Shown: positions 39,482-52,468, numbered from the stretch's first letter. The stretch is 64,000 bases of DNA from an uncultured cyanobacterium (GCA_963793265.1 CAWBZI010000002.1:736001-800000), one strand, 5' to 3'. Notes: a model not told the origin generated them from the sequence alone. Numbers and translations are program-made.

Positions 39482-41491
39482 CTAATCCTTGTATCGAGGT
39501 GTCAAACAATAAGGACAATCGATCCACTCGTGATGTAGCGCCGCATTACAGGTCGTACAGGATAGAACGCTCTTACGCTTAGCCTTTAGCTCAGCTTCTA
39601 GCCCCTTATCTGTAAAGGTTACGCGCTCTACTTCTTCAAGCGTGGTGTGCCCGGCCTTCACCAAGTTCAAGCTATAGGCCAGCAGCGTATGCATACCGTC
39701 TTCTACAGCCGCCTCCTTAATTTGCTCAGTCGGCGCATTGTCAGAAATCATCTGCTGCACCCTTTCGGTCACACGCATCACTTCATACACGCCAACTCGG
39801 CCTTTATACCCGCCGCCCTGACACTTTCCACAAAGCTCGCCCGACTCTCTGAGTTCAGCGATTTGCTCATTAGGCACCTTGTTAGCCTTATAAAAGGTCA
39901 TCTCAAAGTCACCTGAAGCCGTCATACCAAACCGCGCCAGTTCTTCGTGAGTCGGCGTATAGCCCACCCGACACTCACCGCACACCCGGCGCACCAGTCT
40001 TTGCGCCAGCACACCAATCAAAGAACTCGATACCTGGAAAGGCTCAACGCCCATCTCACCGAGTCTCGAAACCGCGCCTGCCGCGTCGTTAGTGTGCAGC
40101 GTCGTCAGTACGAGGTGCCCAGTTAAGGCAGCTTCAATTGCAGTTTTCGCCGTCTCAGGGTCGCGCGTCTCACCCACTAGGATCACGTCTGGATCTTGTC
40201 TTAAGAAAGCTCTCAAAATAGAGGCAAAGTTCATGCCCTTCTCTCGAATCACCTGCACCTGAGTAATCCCTGGCAGCGCGTACTCAATCGGGTCTTCTGC
40301 CGTGCTGATATTCACACCAGGGTCGTTACGCTCAGAAAGCACCGAATACAGCGTCGTTGTTTTACCCGAGCCTGTCGGCCCCGTTACCAAAATCAGGCCA
40401 AACGGCTTCTTAGCCATGTCCTGCACAATTTTCAGCGTCTCATCGTCGGTAATCAAAGCCCCTAAGCCCAACTGAGTCGCAGAGTTGTCCAAAATTCGCA
40501 GTACAACTTTTTCGCCATATCGACTCGGCAGCGTACTCACGCGAAAGTCTACCTTACGCTCCTGAAACACCCGGCGAATTCTGCCGTCTTGAGGCATCCG
40601 ACGCTCAGCAATATCCAGCTCAGAGATGATCTTAAAGCGAGCGGTTACCGCCGGAATAATCTTCTTCGGCAGCGCTGGAAAAGCCTCCTTCAAAACGCCG
40701 TCCTTACGAAAGCGAATTCGCAAAAACTCTTCTTGTGGCTCAACGTGGATGTCAGATACTTCTTCCTGTAGCGCCTTCACCAAGATCTTATTGACTAAGG
40801 CAATAACCGGAGCCGCGCCTGCATCTTGGAGTGCCGCACCCAAATCCGCATCTTCTTCAACGACATCTTCTAATCCATTGCCATCCAGATCGAGATCGTC
40901 TAGGTCGGTAGCTACATCGACCGCTTTAGCAGAATCGCGCTGCTTTTCTTTGGCCACCTGCTCGTCTAAATACTTCGCCATCAGGCGCTGATAATCTTCA
41001 ACGGTGATCACCATGCGCCGCAGCTTTATTTTCAGCGGTCGAAGAATGCGGTTCAAGTCATCTTGCGCCTCTAGGTTCTCTGGATCGACCATCGCCACCA
41101 GCACAGATTCAGTGCCGTCCTCTGTCGTCTTAGATAAAGGGACGAGGCGGTGGCGGCGACAAATATCTACTGATATCAAGCTGCCAATTAAGCCTGTTAC
41201 CTGCGAATCCGATATACTCTCAACTTCAGGATCAAGGGATTCGACGCCATAGAGAATTTTTAGCTCAAAGAGCTGCTGCTTTTTGTACTGACGCAAAAGC
41301 TCGGGTGAGAGCTGCTGCCCGGTCATAGACTCTAAAACGTCGGTTAAAGAACGACCTGTTTTGCGACTTTCGACCAGTGCTTGCTGCATTTGGCTGCCGT
41401 CTACAAAGCCTGCTTCGACGAGCTTGTTGCTAAAAGGCGAAAAGCTCTTTTGTAGGACAAGGGCCTTCCGCGTAGATGAAGAGTTTGTCAT
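39482..41491 (-). CDS. pilB: Type IV pilus assembly ATPase
   Basis: SDIHVEP, ERRMPQDG, GPTGSGKTTT, LRQDPD; C-terminal CxxC...CPYC extension. Confidence 0.95.
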   Translation of the reverse strand: MTNSSSTRKALVLQKSFSPFSNKLVEAGFVDGSQMQQALVESRKTGRSLTDVLESMTGQQLSPELLRQYKKQQLFELKILYGVESLDPEVESISDSQVTGLIGSLISVDICRRHRLVPLSKTTEDGTESVLVAMVDPENLEAQDDLNRILRPLKIKLRRMVITVEDYQRLMAKYLDEQVAKEKQRDSAKAVDVATDLDDLDLDGNGLEDVVEEDADLGAALQDAGAAPVIALVNKILVKALQEEVSDIHVEPQEEFLRIRFRKDGVLKEAFPALPKKIIPAVTARFKIISELDIAERRMPQDGRIRRVFQERKVDFRVSTLPSRYGEKVVLRILDNSATQLGLGALITDDETLKIVQDMAKKPFGLILVTGPTGSGKTTTLYSVLSERNDPGVNISTAEDPIEYALPGITQVQVIREKGMNFASILRAFLRQDPDVILVGETRDPETAKTAIEAALTGHLVLTTLHTNDAAGAVSRLGEMGVEPFQVSSSLIGVLAQRLVRRVCGECRVGYTPTHEELARFGMTASGDFEMTFYKANKVPNEQIAELRESGELCGKCQGGGYKGRVGVYEVMRVTERVQQMISDNAPTEQIKEAAVEDGMHTLLAYSLNLVKAGHTTLEEVERVTFTDKGLEAELKAKRKSVLSCTTCNAALHHEWIDCPYCLTPRYKD

Positions 41492-41586
41492 GGTCGATGC
41501 GAAAAAATCTCACACCATTGTGCCCACTCAGCTCAAACCGCTACACAGCAAGGCGTCTGTGCTAGCACTTAATCCTATCGGGCGAA

Positions 41587-41595
41587 ATCATACCC
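41587..41595 (-). promoter_or_regulatory. Candidate group-3 sigma (SigF/SigJ-type) extended -10 for pilB
   Basis: Minus-strand GGGTATGAT about 95 nt upstream of the pilB ATG resembles the GGG-led -10 of cyanobacterial motility genes; short motif, inference only. Confidence 0.3.
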
Positions 41596-41778
41596 GTGCT
41601 GAACTATGAAAAGGCTGTGAAGCGGGGGAAAACCCGTTACGGAAAACCGTTCCGCAAGTTGACGTGCTGCCGCCTAATATGGACAGGGTAAACGGGCTTA
41701 GGTAGGATCTGTCTAACCTAGAGAAGGCTATGAGAAAAGCCTGAAAATGAGCCGTATTAAATGGAGGGTTTTGTACAA

Positions 41779-42498
41779 ATGGTAGATGCAGACACTAATG
41801 ACAACCAAAAGGGCGCGGATGAAAGTCCTGAAGGTATTGAGGAGCTTCGGCTAGAAGATGCCGCAACCGATATCGATTTCGATAAGGTGTTTGATGAAGA
41901 AGGCCAGGTGACAGGCGAACAGGCGGCAGATGAGGCTAACGATGGCTTAGAGGATATTTCGGCAGAGGATGCTTTTGCCGCAGAGGCTGGTGGTCGCGCG
42001 GCGTTGCAGCAGCAGATCAGCCAGTTGCAGGCGCAGCTCGAAGATCGTACGGGCCAATTTACTCGGCTGACGGCTGACTTTGATAACTTTCGTAAGCGCA
42101 CGGCGACTGAAAGAGAGAATCTAGAAACTCAGGTTAAGTGCAATACCATTAGCGGTCTGTTGGAAGTCATTGACAACTTTCAAAGAGCCAGATCGCAAAT
42201 CAAACCACAGACTGATGGCGAGATGAGTATTCATAAAAGTTACCAGGGCGTTTATAAGCAGTTTATCGAAGCACTCAAAAAACTTGGTGTATCGCCCATG
42301 CGGTGCGAAGGGCAGGAGTTTGATCCGAACCTGCACGAGGCTGTAATGCGCGAGCCGACTGACGAGTATCCCGAAGGGACTGTTATTGATGAGTTCGTGC
42401 GTGGGTATGTTTTAGGGGAACGTGTTTTGCGCCATGCCATGGTCAAAGTGGCAACACCCCTCGATCCTTCTGCTGAATCTGGCGAACCATCTTCTTAG
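41779..42498 (+). CDS. grpE: Nucleotide exchange factor GrpE
   Basis: ADFDNFRKR, VIDNFQRA, FDPNLHEAV, GYVLGERVLRHAMVKV; GGAGG upstream of ATG 41779. Confidence 0.95.
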   Translation: MVDADTNDNQKGADESPEGIEELRLEDAATDIDFDKVFDEEGQVTGEQAADEANDGLEDISAEDAFAAEAGGRAALQQQISQLQAQLEDRTGQFTRLTADFDNFRKRTATERENLETQVKCNTISGLLEVIDNFQRARSQIKPQTDGEMSIHKSYQGVYKQFIEALKKLGVSPMRCEGQEFDPNLHEAVMREPTDEYPEGTVIDEFVRGYVLGERVLRHAMVKVATPLDPSAESGEPSS

Positions 42499-42655
42499 GG
42501 CTTAATGGGCCGCGTACATGAGCTTTAAAGTGTCTGGCTATTAAAAGGATGTTTTAAAGCTTGGGCGTTGATGGAAGCCGATGTTTTTGGAAGAAGGGCT
42601 TGTGTAAGTGTGACGCGATCGCAAGCAACCTTCATTCAAAACGTTCAAACGGATT

Positions 42656-44710
42656 ATGGGAAAAGTTATTGGCATCGACTTGGGCACCACAAATAGCTGC
42701 GTAGCTGTACTGGAAGGTGGGAAGCCGGTGGTTATTCCCAACACCGAAGGAGGGCGCACGACGCCGAGTATTGTGGGCTTTGCTAAAGGCGGGGAGCGCT
42801 TGGTCGGTCAGTTGGCTAAGCGGCAGGCCGTCACGAACGCGGAGAATACTGTCTATAGTATTAAGCGCTTTATTGGGCGGCGCTGGAACGATACCGAAAC
42901 TGAGCGATCACGCGTCCCCTACAAATGCACCCCCGGCAAAGACGAAACCGTCGATGTCATGATCCGCGCCAAAAGCTTCACCCCGCAAGAAGTGTCAGCC
43001 ATGACCCTTCAAAAGCTTAAAAACGACGCAGAAGCCTACTTAGGCGAAGCCGTTAGCCAGGCCGTGATTACGGTACCGGCTTATTTCACAGACGCACAAA
43101 GGCAGGCGACTAAAGACGCTGGAACCATTGCCGGACTAGAAGTTCTTAGAATCATCAACGAGCCAACGGCAGCAGCGCTTTCCTACGGCTTAGACAAGCA
43201 AGATCAAGATCAGACTGTCTTAGTGTTTGACTTAGGCGGCGGCACTTTTGACGTGTCCATTTTGCAGCTAGGCGACGGCGTCTTTGAAGTCAGAGCGACT
43301 TCAGGTAACAACCATTTAGGCGGCGACGACTTCGATAACTGCATCGTTACCTGGATGACTGAAGCCTTCCAGCAGCAAGAGAAAATGGATCTCACCAACG
43401 ATCGGATGGCGCTTCAGCGCATTCGTGAGGCGGCTGAAAAGGCAAAGGTTGAGCTTTCAAGCATGGCTAAAACCTCGATTAACCTGCCGTTTATTGCAGC
43501 AGATGAAACCGGGCCTAAGCATTTAGAGATGGAGTTGACGCGATCGCAGTTCGAAGAACTCGCCGCCGAACTTGTCCAAAACACCCTAGAGCCCGTTAAA
43601 CAGGCTCTAAAAGACGCTGAACTTACCGCCGAAGACATCGAACGCATCCTTCTTGTCGGCGGCTCCACCCGCATTCCCGCCGTCCAAGCAGCCATCACCG
43701 CCTTCTTTAACGGCCAAACCCCCGACCGCTCCGTCAACCCAGACGAAGCGGTCGCTTTAGGAGCCTCCATTCAGGCAGGCGTTCTAGGCGGCGAGGTCAA
43801 AGACCTGCTGCTACTAGACGTAACGCCGCTCTCTATGGGCATCGAAACTTTAGGAGAAGTGTTCACAAAAGTCATTGAGCGCAACACAACTATTCCAACC
43901 AGCAGAACTCAGGTGTTCTCAACGGCAACCGATGGTCAGACCTCTGTAGAGGTACACGCGCTACAGGGCGAACGTGCCATGGCTAGAGATAATAAAAGTC
44001 TAGGTCGGTTTGAACTCACGGGGATTCCACCTGCGCCTAGAGGCGTTCCACAAATTGAAGTCTCTTTTGAGATTGACGCTGACGGCATTTTGCAGGTAGC
44101 GGCCAAGGACAGAGGCACGAACCGAGAGCAAAGCATCAAAATTACTAACCGGGGCGGACTGACACCTGCTGAAATCGCGCGGATGAAAGAGGAAGCCGAG
44201 ATGTTCGCAGGTGAAGACGAGCAGCGGAAGATTATCGCTGAGCTGCAAAACAAAGCTGACTCGCTCTTCTATAGCTACGAAACCGCGCTGCGTGATAGTG
44301 CAGGCACGATTTCTGAAGCCTTGAAGACCCAGGCCGAGACTGAAGCTGAAGCGCTAAGAGTAGCCGTCGCTAATAAGAATGTCGAGCCCGCCGAACTTAC
44401 CCAGAAGCTAGAAGCCCTACAGCAAACTATCTTTAATATCGGGGCTGGCCTCTACCAGCAGACTAACGAAGACGGCCATAGCTCCAGTAGCAATGAAATG
44501 CCAGGAGCCAACATACCAAACGCTGCACCAGCGGCATCAGCACCGCCTACGTCACCTAGCCCGCCCTCTGCACCTCCTACGCCTCCAGTACCTACGCCCA
44601 GACCTGAACCTGTCGCTGTCGCTACGCCCGCTGCTGCATATAGCAATGCCAGCGAAGAGGAGTTTGATATCGACAGCACAGTTGCCGCCGACTATGAAGC
44701 GATTGAGTAA
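42656..44710 (+). CDS. dnaK: Molecular chaperone DnaK
   Basis: [32 protein letters not shown]; Pro-rich tail. Confidence 0.97.
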   Translation: MGKVIGIDLGTTNSCVAVLEGGKPVVIPNTEGGRTTPSIVGFAKGGERLVGQLAKRQAVTNAENTVYSIKRFIGRRWNDTETERSRVPYKCTPGKDETVDVMIRAKSFTPQEVSAMTLQKLKNDAEAYLGEAVSQAVITVPAYFTDAQRQATKDAGTIAGLEVLRIINEPTAAALSYGLDKQDQDQTVLVFDLGGGTFDVSILQLGDGVFEVRATSGNNHLGGDDFDNCIVTWMTEAFQQQEKMDLTNDRMALQRIREAAEKAKVELSSMAKTSINLPFIAADETGPKHLEMELTRSQFEELAAELVQNTLEPVKQALKDAELTAEDIERILLVGGSTRIPAVQAAITAFFNGQTPDRSVNPDEAVALGASIQAGVLGGEVKDLLLLDVTPLSMGIETLGEVFTKVIERNTTIPTSRTQVFSTATDGQTSVEVHALQGERAMARDNKSLGRFELTGIPPAPRGVPQIEVSFEIDADGILQVAAKDRGTNREQSIKITNRGGLTPAEIARMKEEAEMFAGEDEQRKIIAELQNKADSLFYSYETALRDSAGTISEALKTQAETEAEALRVAVANKNVEPAELTQKLEALQQTIFNIGAGLYQQTNEDGHSSSSNEMPGANIPNAAPAASAPPTSPSPPSAPPTPPVPTPRPEPVAVATPAAAYSNASEEEFDIDSTVAADYEAIE

Positions 44711-44761
44711 GCAATTAAGCAAACACCGTTTCTAGCGTTATTCCCTACGATCAAAGCCCTC

Positions 44762-44787
44762 ACGCGCCTCTTTCAGGCGCGTTTTTT
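44762..44787 (+). terminator. Intrinsic terminator after dnaK
   Basis: ACGCGCCT-ctttc-AGGCGCGT followed by a T run. Confidence 0.75.
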
Positions 44788-44917
44788 ATGGCAAGACTCT
44801 GAAAGCGCAGGCTAAAGCATAAACTGGAACGAAAGCGGGCTAATGCATCAGGATGTTTGCTATACAATGATTCAATGCGTGTTGATTTGTGACCTGCTAG
44901 TTCTTTTTCGTGACTGA

Positions 44918-46291
<1,374 letters not shown>

Positions 46292-46295
<4 letters not shown>

Positions 46296-47470
46296 CTTCA
46301 GATGCTGTGACTTCAGATGCTGTAGCTTCGGATTTTGAAGATTTATCGGTGGTTGCTGGGGCTTGGGTAGGAACGGTAGTGGCTATTCAGGCTAACTACT
46401 ATTCGGTGCAGCTAGATGAGGTGCCTGGGCTAGATAAGGTGAGGAAGCAGGCTGATTTGCCGGTTTTTTTGCTGTGTATTCGGCGAGGATTGCTCAAAAA
46501 GCTGGGCCAGCAGATTATGGTGGGCGATCGCGTGGCTGTAGAAGAACCCGACTGGCAGGGAATGAGGGGTGCGATCGCGACCGTCTACCCCCGTAAAACC
46601 TCCCTAGACCGCCCGCCCATCGCCAACGTAGACCAAATCCTTCTCGTATTCGCCCTGGCCGAACCTCAGCTAGATCCTCATCAGCTCAGCCGATTTCTAA
46701 TCAAGGCAGAATCTACCGGCATGGGCATCACGCTATGCCTCAATAAGCGCGATCTCATCGACGATAAAGCCGTCAGCTATTGGCAAAACAGAATTCAAGA
46801 ATGGGGCTACCAGGCTCTACTCGTCAGCATCCGCGACGATGACCAGCTCGAAACCGACCTCATCGCGGAGCTGCAAAGTAAAATCACAGTCGTCGCAGGC
46901 CCCTCTGGCGTAGGCAAATCCAGTCTTACTAACCGACTCATTCCCGATCAAGATCTTCGGGTTAATGCCGTTTCAGGAAAACTAGGCCGAGGCCGTCACA
47001 CCACTCGCCACGTAGAGCTATTTGAGCTTCCCAACGGCGGCTTTTTAGCAGACACCCCCGGCTTCAATCACCCTGACATCAATTGCTCTCCCGAAGAACT
47101 CAGTCAGTACTTCCCAGAAATTCGGCAGCGGCAGGCAGTAGCAAACTGTCAGTTCAACAACTGCCTGCATAGAGACGAGCCTGGCTGTATCGTACGCGGC
47201 AGTTGGGAAAGGTACGAACACTACCTCACGGTGCTAACAGAGGTGATTCAGCAGCAGCAAAACCTTTTGCATCAGCCGGATGCAGAGGCTACCGACAAAG
47301 TGAAGATGGTAGAAGACGGCAAGGTGCTGCGTGAGCCTAGATTGGAAGCTAAAAAATACCGCCGCACCTCACGAAAAACGCGCAATCAAGCTTTTCAAGA
47401 GCTGTGCATAGATCTTTCAGCCGTTGAGGATCTTGAAGACCTCGAAGATTTAGAGGATATTAGCCGGTAG
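46292..47470 (+). CDS. rsgA: Small ribosomal subunit biogenesis GTPase RsgA
   Basis: VGDRV, NKRD, GPSGVGKSS, GRHTT, DTPG, CQFNNCLH..EPGC. Confidence 0.94.
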
Positions 47471-47477
47471 CCAGCGC

Positions 47478-47867
47478 TTAGTCGCCGCAGTAGACTATTA
47501 AATCAATTTCAACGTCGCCAAATCCAGCTAAGGCAGTGATGCCTACGGTCGTGCGCCCCGGATATCTACCGGCTGTAAAACGGCTGGAATAAATACGATT
47601 GACCGTCTCGTAGTAGCGAAAATCAGTCACAAAAATGCGAGACATCACTACTTTCTCGAAGCTAGTACCGGCATGTTCTAGCACCAACCGCAGGTTATCC
47701 ATCACCCGCTCCGTTTGAGCCTCAATCGAGTCTTTCACAACTTCACCTGTATCAGGATCTTCGGCTAGCTGCCCAGTCACAAACAAAAAGTCACCGGCTC
47801 GAACCGCATGAGAATAGGGGGCAACTGGCGGCAGCTTACCATCGGGAAGATTAATAAATTCCAGCAT
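47478..47867 (-). CDS. RidA/YjgF family protein
   Basis: PYSHAV, VTGQL, PGRT, VEID. Confidence 0.9.
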   Translation of the reverse strand: MLEFINLPDGKLPPVAPYSHAVRAGDFLFVTGQLAEDPDTGEVVKDSIEAQTERVMDNLRLVLEHAGTSFEKVVMSRIFVTDFRYYETVNRIYSSRFTAGRYPGRTTVGITALAGFGDVEIDLIVYCGD

Positions 47868-47898
47868 GTTTCATAGGTTCTTTTACTGCTTTTGTAGC

Positions 47899-49344
47899 CT
47901 AGCGATGCCAGGAGGTAACGCCACCCGGCTTGTCGATCAAGCTAATCCCCTGAGCGCTCAACTCATCTCGAATCCGATCTGATTCGGCGTAGTTTTTAGC
48001 CTGCTTTGCAGCTTTACGCTGCTCAATTAGTCGCTCAATATCTGCATCGCTCATTCCATCATCTGATGTAGACACTTCAATTGCTTGAGCTTCTAGTCCC
48101 AGAACACTCGCAAGCTCCACCAGCGTTTTCCACTGCTGCTGGAGATCTGCGCTATCCGCATCGGGCTTGCCCTCGTGAACAATCACATTACCTTGGCGCT
48201 GAAGCTCCTTGGCTAAGCCGAACAGCACAGCAACCGCGCCGGGCGTATTGAAGTCATCGTCCATAGATAATTTGAACTGTGCGATCGCTTCCTCATTCAC
48301 CTTAGCGCTATCTCCTTGCCAGCCCAGCTTCTCGCCGTACTGCCCACCAAAGTTTAACCCTTCATTCAGCGTCGCCCAGCCGTTCATTGCAGCCGCGATC
48401 GCCTCCTCTGTAAAGTCCAAAGGCATTCGATACTGCGACTGCATCACAAACATCCGAATCGCCATTGGATCGGGCGCATCAGGCGCGTCTAAGAGGCCGC
48501 GAATGGTAGTGAAGTTGCCCAGTGATTTAGACATTTTGGTACCGTCTACATTCACCATGCCGTTGTGCATCCAGTAAACCGATAAAGGCTTGCCGGTAGC
48601 AGCTTCGGACTGGGCAATTTCGTTTTCGTGATGGGGGAACTGAAGGTCTGCGCCGCCCATGTGGATGTCGATGGTGTCACCGAGGCGATCGCGCACCATT
48701 GCCGAACACTCAATATGCCAGCCCGGTCGCCCCGGCCCCCAAGGCGACTCCCAAGCAGGCTCATCCGCCTTCGCCGCCTTCCACAGCGCAAAATCAAACG
48801 GATCTTGCTTAATCTGCGTCTGCTCAGCATCCATCCGACCGCTCTCCCCGGCCCGCATATCCTCTAGCTTGCGCCCCGAAAGCTTGCCATACCCCTCAAA
48901 CTTACGCACCGAGTAGTACACGTCACCCTCAGCCGGATAGGCATAGCCCTTCTGCTCCAGCTCATGAATTAATCGCTTGATGCCATCAATCGTATGCGTA
49001 GCGTACGTATACTCATCGGCCTCTAAAATATTCAGCCGCGCCATATCTTCAAAATAAGCCGCCGTATACTTCTCGGCTACCGCCTTCATAGAAGTGCTTT
49101 CTTTGCGAGCGCGATTGAGGATTTTATCGTCAATATCGGTAAAATTTTGGATGTAGCGAACGTCATATCCCCGCCAGCTCAGATATCGTCGCACTGTATC
49201 CCACACGATGTACGAACGAGCATGGCCTAAGTGGCAGTAGTCATACACCGTCACGCCGCAGCAATACATTTTCACCTGATCGGGTATCAGGGTGTTAAAG
49301 GCTTCCTTTTGGCGAGAAAGCGTGTTGTAAATAGCGACGCTCAT
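47899..49344 (-). CDS. cysS: Cysteine--tRNA ligase
   Basis: CGVTVYD..HLGH, DFALWK, GRPGWHIECS, FPHHENE, KMSKS. Confidence 0.97.
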   Translation of the reverse strand: MSVAIYNTLSRQKEAFNTLIPDQVKMYCCGVTVYDYCHLGHARSYIVWDTVRRYLSWRGYDVRYIQNFTDIDDKILNRARKESTSMKAVAEKYTAAYFEDMARLNILEADEYTYATHTIDGIKRLIHELEQKGYAYPAEGDVYYSVRKFEGYGKLSGRKLEDMRAGESGRMDAEQTQIKQDPFDFALWKAAKADEPAWESPWGPGRPGWHIECSAMVRDRLGDTIDIHMGGADLQFPHHENEIAQSEAATGKPLSVYWMHNGMVNVDGTKMSKSLGNFTTIRGLLDAPDAPDPMAIRMFVMQSQYRMPLDFTEEAIAAAMNGWATLNEGLNFGGQYGEKLGWQGDSAKVNEEAIAQFKLSMDDDFNTPGAVAVLFGLAKELQRQGNVIVHEGKPDADSADLQQQWKTLVELASVLGLEAQAIEVSTSDDGMSDADIERLIEQRKAAKQAKNYAESDRIRDELSAQGISLIDKPGGVTSWHR

Positions 49345-49543
49345 AGGGATCGAGGTGACGAAAAATAGCTTGGAGCAATCTTAATAGTAGATTGAAACCA
49401 GTAGATTAAAACCTGTGGCTCAACGCCGCTACCAGAGCCGCTATTTCTGTAGGCGCAAATACTTTAATTGACGTGAAGTTACACGCCCAAGTTTTGATAG
49501 ATGCGTGATAATTAATCTTTGGAAGTCACCGAAGTAGATTTTT

Positions 49544-50746
49544 ATGACTGCTACGACAATTGCCTCTAGCCCTTCAAACGTCCCGTCAATGGATGCCTCT
49601 AAGCATGGGCTACCCGTCACGATTATCACCGGCTTTTTGGGCAGCGGAAAAACCACTCTGCTCAACCACATTTTGACAAACCAGGACGGGCTAAAAACGG
49701 CAGTACTCGTAAATGAATTTGGTGAGGTCGGCATTGATAACGATCTGCTGATCACCACGGGCGACGACAATATGGTGGAGCTAAGCAACGGCTGCATCTG
49801 CTGCACTATTAACAATGACTTGCTAGAAGCCGTCTATAAGGTTCTAGAGCGCTCAGACAAAATTGACTACCTCGTTGTAGAAACCACTGGCCTTGCCGAC
49901 CCGCTACCTGTTGCCCTTACCTTCTTAGGCACCGAGCTACGCGACCTTACCCGGCTAGATTCGATTGTGACCGTAGTCGATGCCGAAAACTACAGCCTTG
50001 ACCTGTTCAACTCGCAAGCTGCCTACAACCAGATTGCCTACGGCGACATCATTTTGCTTAACAAAATGGATGTCGTAGATGAGGCCGATGCGGACATATT
50101 AGAAGTCAAACTGCGCGACATTAAGCAAGACGCTCGCATTCTGCGCACCGACCACTCAAATGTGCCACTACCGCTGATTCTGAGCGTAGGATTGTTTGAG
50201 TCAGACAAGTACTTTGGTGACAAAGACGAGCCGAAAGCAGATAGTCACGATCATTCAGCTCATAATCACGAATCTCATGACCATTCAGCGCATGAGCACG
50301 ACGCGCACGATCATGATAGCCACGAGTCTCATGACCACAGCAGTCACGAAGACCATTCTGACTGCGATCATGACCACGGGCACTGCGAACACGATCACGA
50401 CCACAGCGCCCATTCCCACCTGGATATAGACGGATTCACCTCGGTTTCCTTCGACCGCGACCAGCCCTTAGCCATTCGCAAGTTTCAGCATTTTCTAGAC
50501 AACCAGTTGCCCGCGTCAGTCTTTAGAGCCAAAGGCATTCTGTGGTTTGATGAAAGCCCTAAGCGCCACGTGTTTCATCTGAGCGGCAAGCGGTTTTCGC
50601 TGGAAGATGAAGAATGGAACGGCAGACCTAAGAAAAGCCAGATCGTGTTTATTGGTCAGGATTTGGATGAAGAGACGATTAGAAAGCAGGTTGAGAGCTG
50701 TTTTTGTATTGAGTCTGCCGATAGGGGTAAGGGATTTGGTAGGTAG
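49544..50746 (+). CDS. CobW/COG0523 metallochaperone GTPase with long His-rich insert
   Basis: GFLGSGKTT, NEFGE, GCICC, ETTGLADP, His/Asp-rich tract, RAKGIL. Confidence 0.93.
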   Translation: MTATTIASSPSNVPSMDASKHGLPVTIITGFLGSGKTTLLNHILTNQDGLKTAVLVNEFGEVGIDNDLLITTGDDNMVELSNGCICCTINNDLLEAVYKVLERSDKIDYLVVETTGLADPLPVALTFLGTELRDLTRLDSIVTVVDAENYSLDLFNSQAAYNQIAYGDIILLNKMDVVDEADADILEVKLRDIKQDARILRTDHSNVPLPLILSVGLFESDKYFGDKDEPKADSHDHSAHNHESHDHSAHEHDAHDHDSHESHDHSSHEDHSDCDHDHGHCEHDHDHSAHSHLDIDGFTSVSFDRDQPLAIRKFQHFLDNQLPASVFRAKGILWFDESPKRHVFHLSGKRFSLEDEEWNGRPKKSQIVFIGQDLDEETIRKQVESCFCIESADRGKGFGR

Positions 50747-50999
50747 CGCAGTACAACATGTGCGGATGGCAAACTAATCGGTCAGATTAGGAAGTTGAAT
50801 CAGTGGGTGAGTGCGATCACAAAAACCACCGAACTTTCCGTAACAAAGGCAGCATATTTGCATCTCAATAAATCTTAATATTCAGTAGAGTCGCTAATTG
50901 AACTTGACAATATAGCGAAAAGCCGGGGTTCGCATTCTCAATCGCCCTGTTACTGTAAAAAAGTATTAAGATGCTGCAATAAAGGCAATTATCTGCACT

Positions 51000-51830
51000 A
51001 TGTCCGCATGTAACTTTTCAATTAACGCGGTTCAGCCGTCTGAAAGCGCTATTGCCTCCAAGCAGGTTGCTGTGCCCAAACAAGTTGTTTTCTGCGATTT
51101 TGACGGCCCTATCGTTGATGTTTCGGAGCGCTACTACCAAACGTACCGTCAGGGCTTGCTAGCAATTGAACAGCAGTACGGGCAGGAACACTTGTCGTCT
51201 TCTAGGTCAACTTTCCACATTCGCCCGCTATCGAAAGCGCAGTTTTGGCAGATGAAGCAAAACAGAGTTGCCGATCTTGAAATTGCCCTGCGTTCAGGAC
51301 TGCCCACTGATTTGTTTGAGCCTTTCATGCATCGGGTGGTACAAATTGTGAACCATCCAAGCTTGCTGCGGTGGGACTGTTTGCAGCCCAAAGCGCAGAT
51401 TGCTTTGAACTACTTTAGAGCGTGCAATATGCGCTTAGTTCTAGTGACTTTGCGTCACCCCGAGCAGGTTCAGGAATTTTTGCAGGCTCAGGGGCTAGAG
51501 CACTTGGTCGCTGAAGTGTATGGGGCTTTGGATGTGAATGCGGCTCATGCCAATCGGGTGGAGCAGAAGCAGGCGCTGTTGAGTAAAGCGATCGCGCAGC
51601 AGAAAGCCCAAGGCTACCTCACTCAAAACGACTGGCAAAATAGCTGGATGATTGGCGACACCGAAGCTGACGTATTAGCCGCTCAAGCCATGGGTCTTCC
51701 AAGCGCTGCCCTTTGCTGCGGTGTTCGTAGCCGCACCTACTTGCAAAACCTAGCACCTTCAAAAATGTACAACTGCTTGATGACAGCCGCTCGCGACCTT
51801 GCCCAAGCACCGCTACTTCAAGCTGCATAA
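51000..51830 (+). CDS. HAD family hydrolase
   Basis: FCDFDGPIVD motif I, MIGDTEAD motif IV. Confidence 0.88.
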   Translation: MSACNFSINAVQPSESAIASKQVAVPKQVVFCDFDGPIVDVSERYYQTYRQGLLAIEQQYGQEHLSSSRSTFHIRPLSKAQFWQMKQNRVADLEIALRSGLPTDLFEPFMHRVVQIVNHPSLLRWDCLQPKAQIALNYFRACNMRLVLVTLRHPEQVQEFLQAQGLEHLVAEVYGALDVNAAHANRVEQKQALLSKAIAQQKAQGYLTQNDWQNSWMIGDTEADVLAAQAMGLPSAALCCGVRSRTYLQNLAPSKMYNCLMTAARDLAQAPLLQAA

Positions 51831-51847
51831 AAAACGCGCTTTCAAAG

Positions 51848-52438
51848 TCACTCACTCACGCGGTATCGTTCCCACCAGCGCTTGAGCGGATAGTAAAGCG
51901 CAGGAGCCCAAAGGCTGCTCAAAATAGCTGAGCTGAGCGCAACCCTTTGGTGATAGCCCCATACAGAGCCTAGTCCGCCATAGAGCGGTTCTTTGCCAAA
52001 TAGATATTGTGCGCTGAGCTGTAGTGCGATCGCTGTCTCAGCTAGTACGGCCAGGCCAAACACTATCAGCGCAATTGAAATCAAATCTTCTTGGATAAAT
52101 CGGCGTTGCTGCAATCGGGCGGTAAGAATACCGGCTAGCATGAGCCCTAGCGCGTGAGTTGGAAATGAAATGAGGAAATTGGATTGAAGCGGGACGGTGA
52201 GGCTGTCTTGGAGGAGTCCTAAGACGAGGCCAGCGATCGCGCCCTCAAAAGGCGTACGGCTAATGCTCCAAGCGACGATCCAAATCAATAGCCAGTTAGG
52301 CCCAACCCCCAAAATATCCATGCCAGGTAGCCGCATCGGCAAAATCAGCAGGCAAAAATAAACTGAGCCAATCGTTACCAGCCAGTTCCAAAACTGCTTG
52401 CGAGAATCTGAACGCCGCCGGGGCCGAAAAGAGGTCAT
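51848..52438 (-). CDS. mreD: Rod shape-determining protein MreD
   Basis: Hydrophobic; PNWLLIW, GLLQDSLT; last gene of mreBCD. Confidence 0.9.
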   Translation of the reverse strand: MTSFRPRRRSDSRKQFWNWLVTIGSVYFCLLILPMRLPGMDILGVGPNWLLIWIVAWSISRTPFEGAIAGLVLGLLQDSLTVPLQSNFLISFPTHALGLMLAGILTARLQQRRFIQEDLISIALIVFGLAVLAETAIALQLSAQYLFGKEPLYGGLGSVWGYHQRVALSSAILSSLWAPALYYPLKRWWERYRVSE

Positions 52439-52468
52439 AGGTAAAAATTACCGGCTAAAGACCACCGG

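Noticed and set aside
41500..42655. CIRCE operator for grpE/dnaK
   Set aside because: No TTAGCACTC-N9-GAGTGCTAA; only a short palindrome GTGCTAGCAC near 41559
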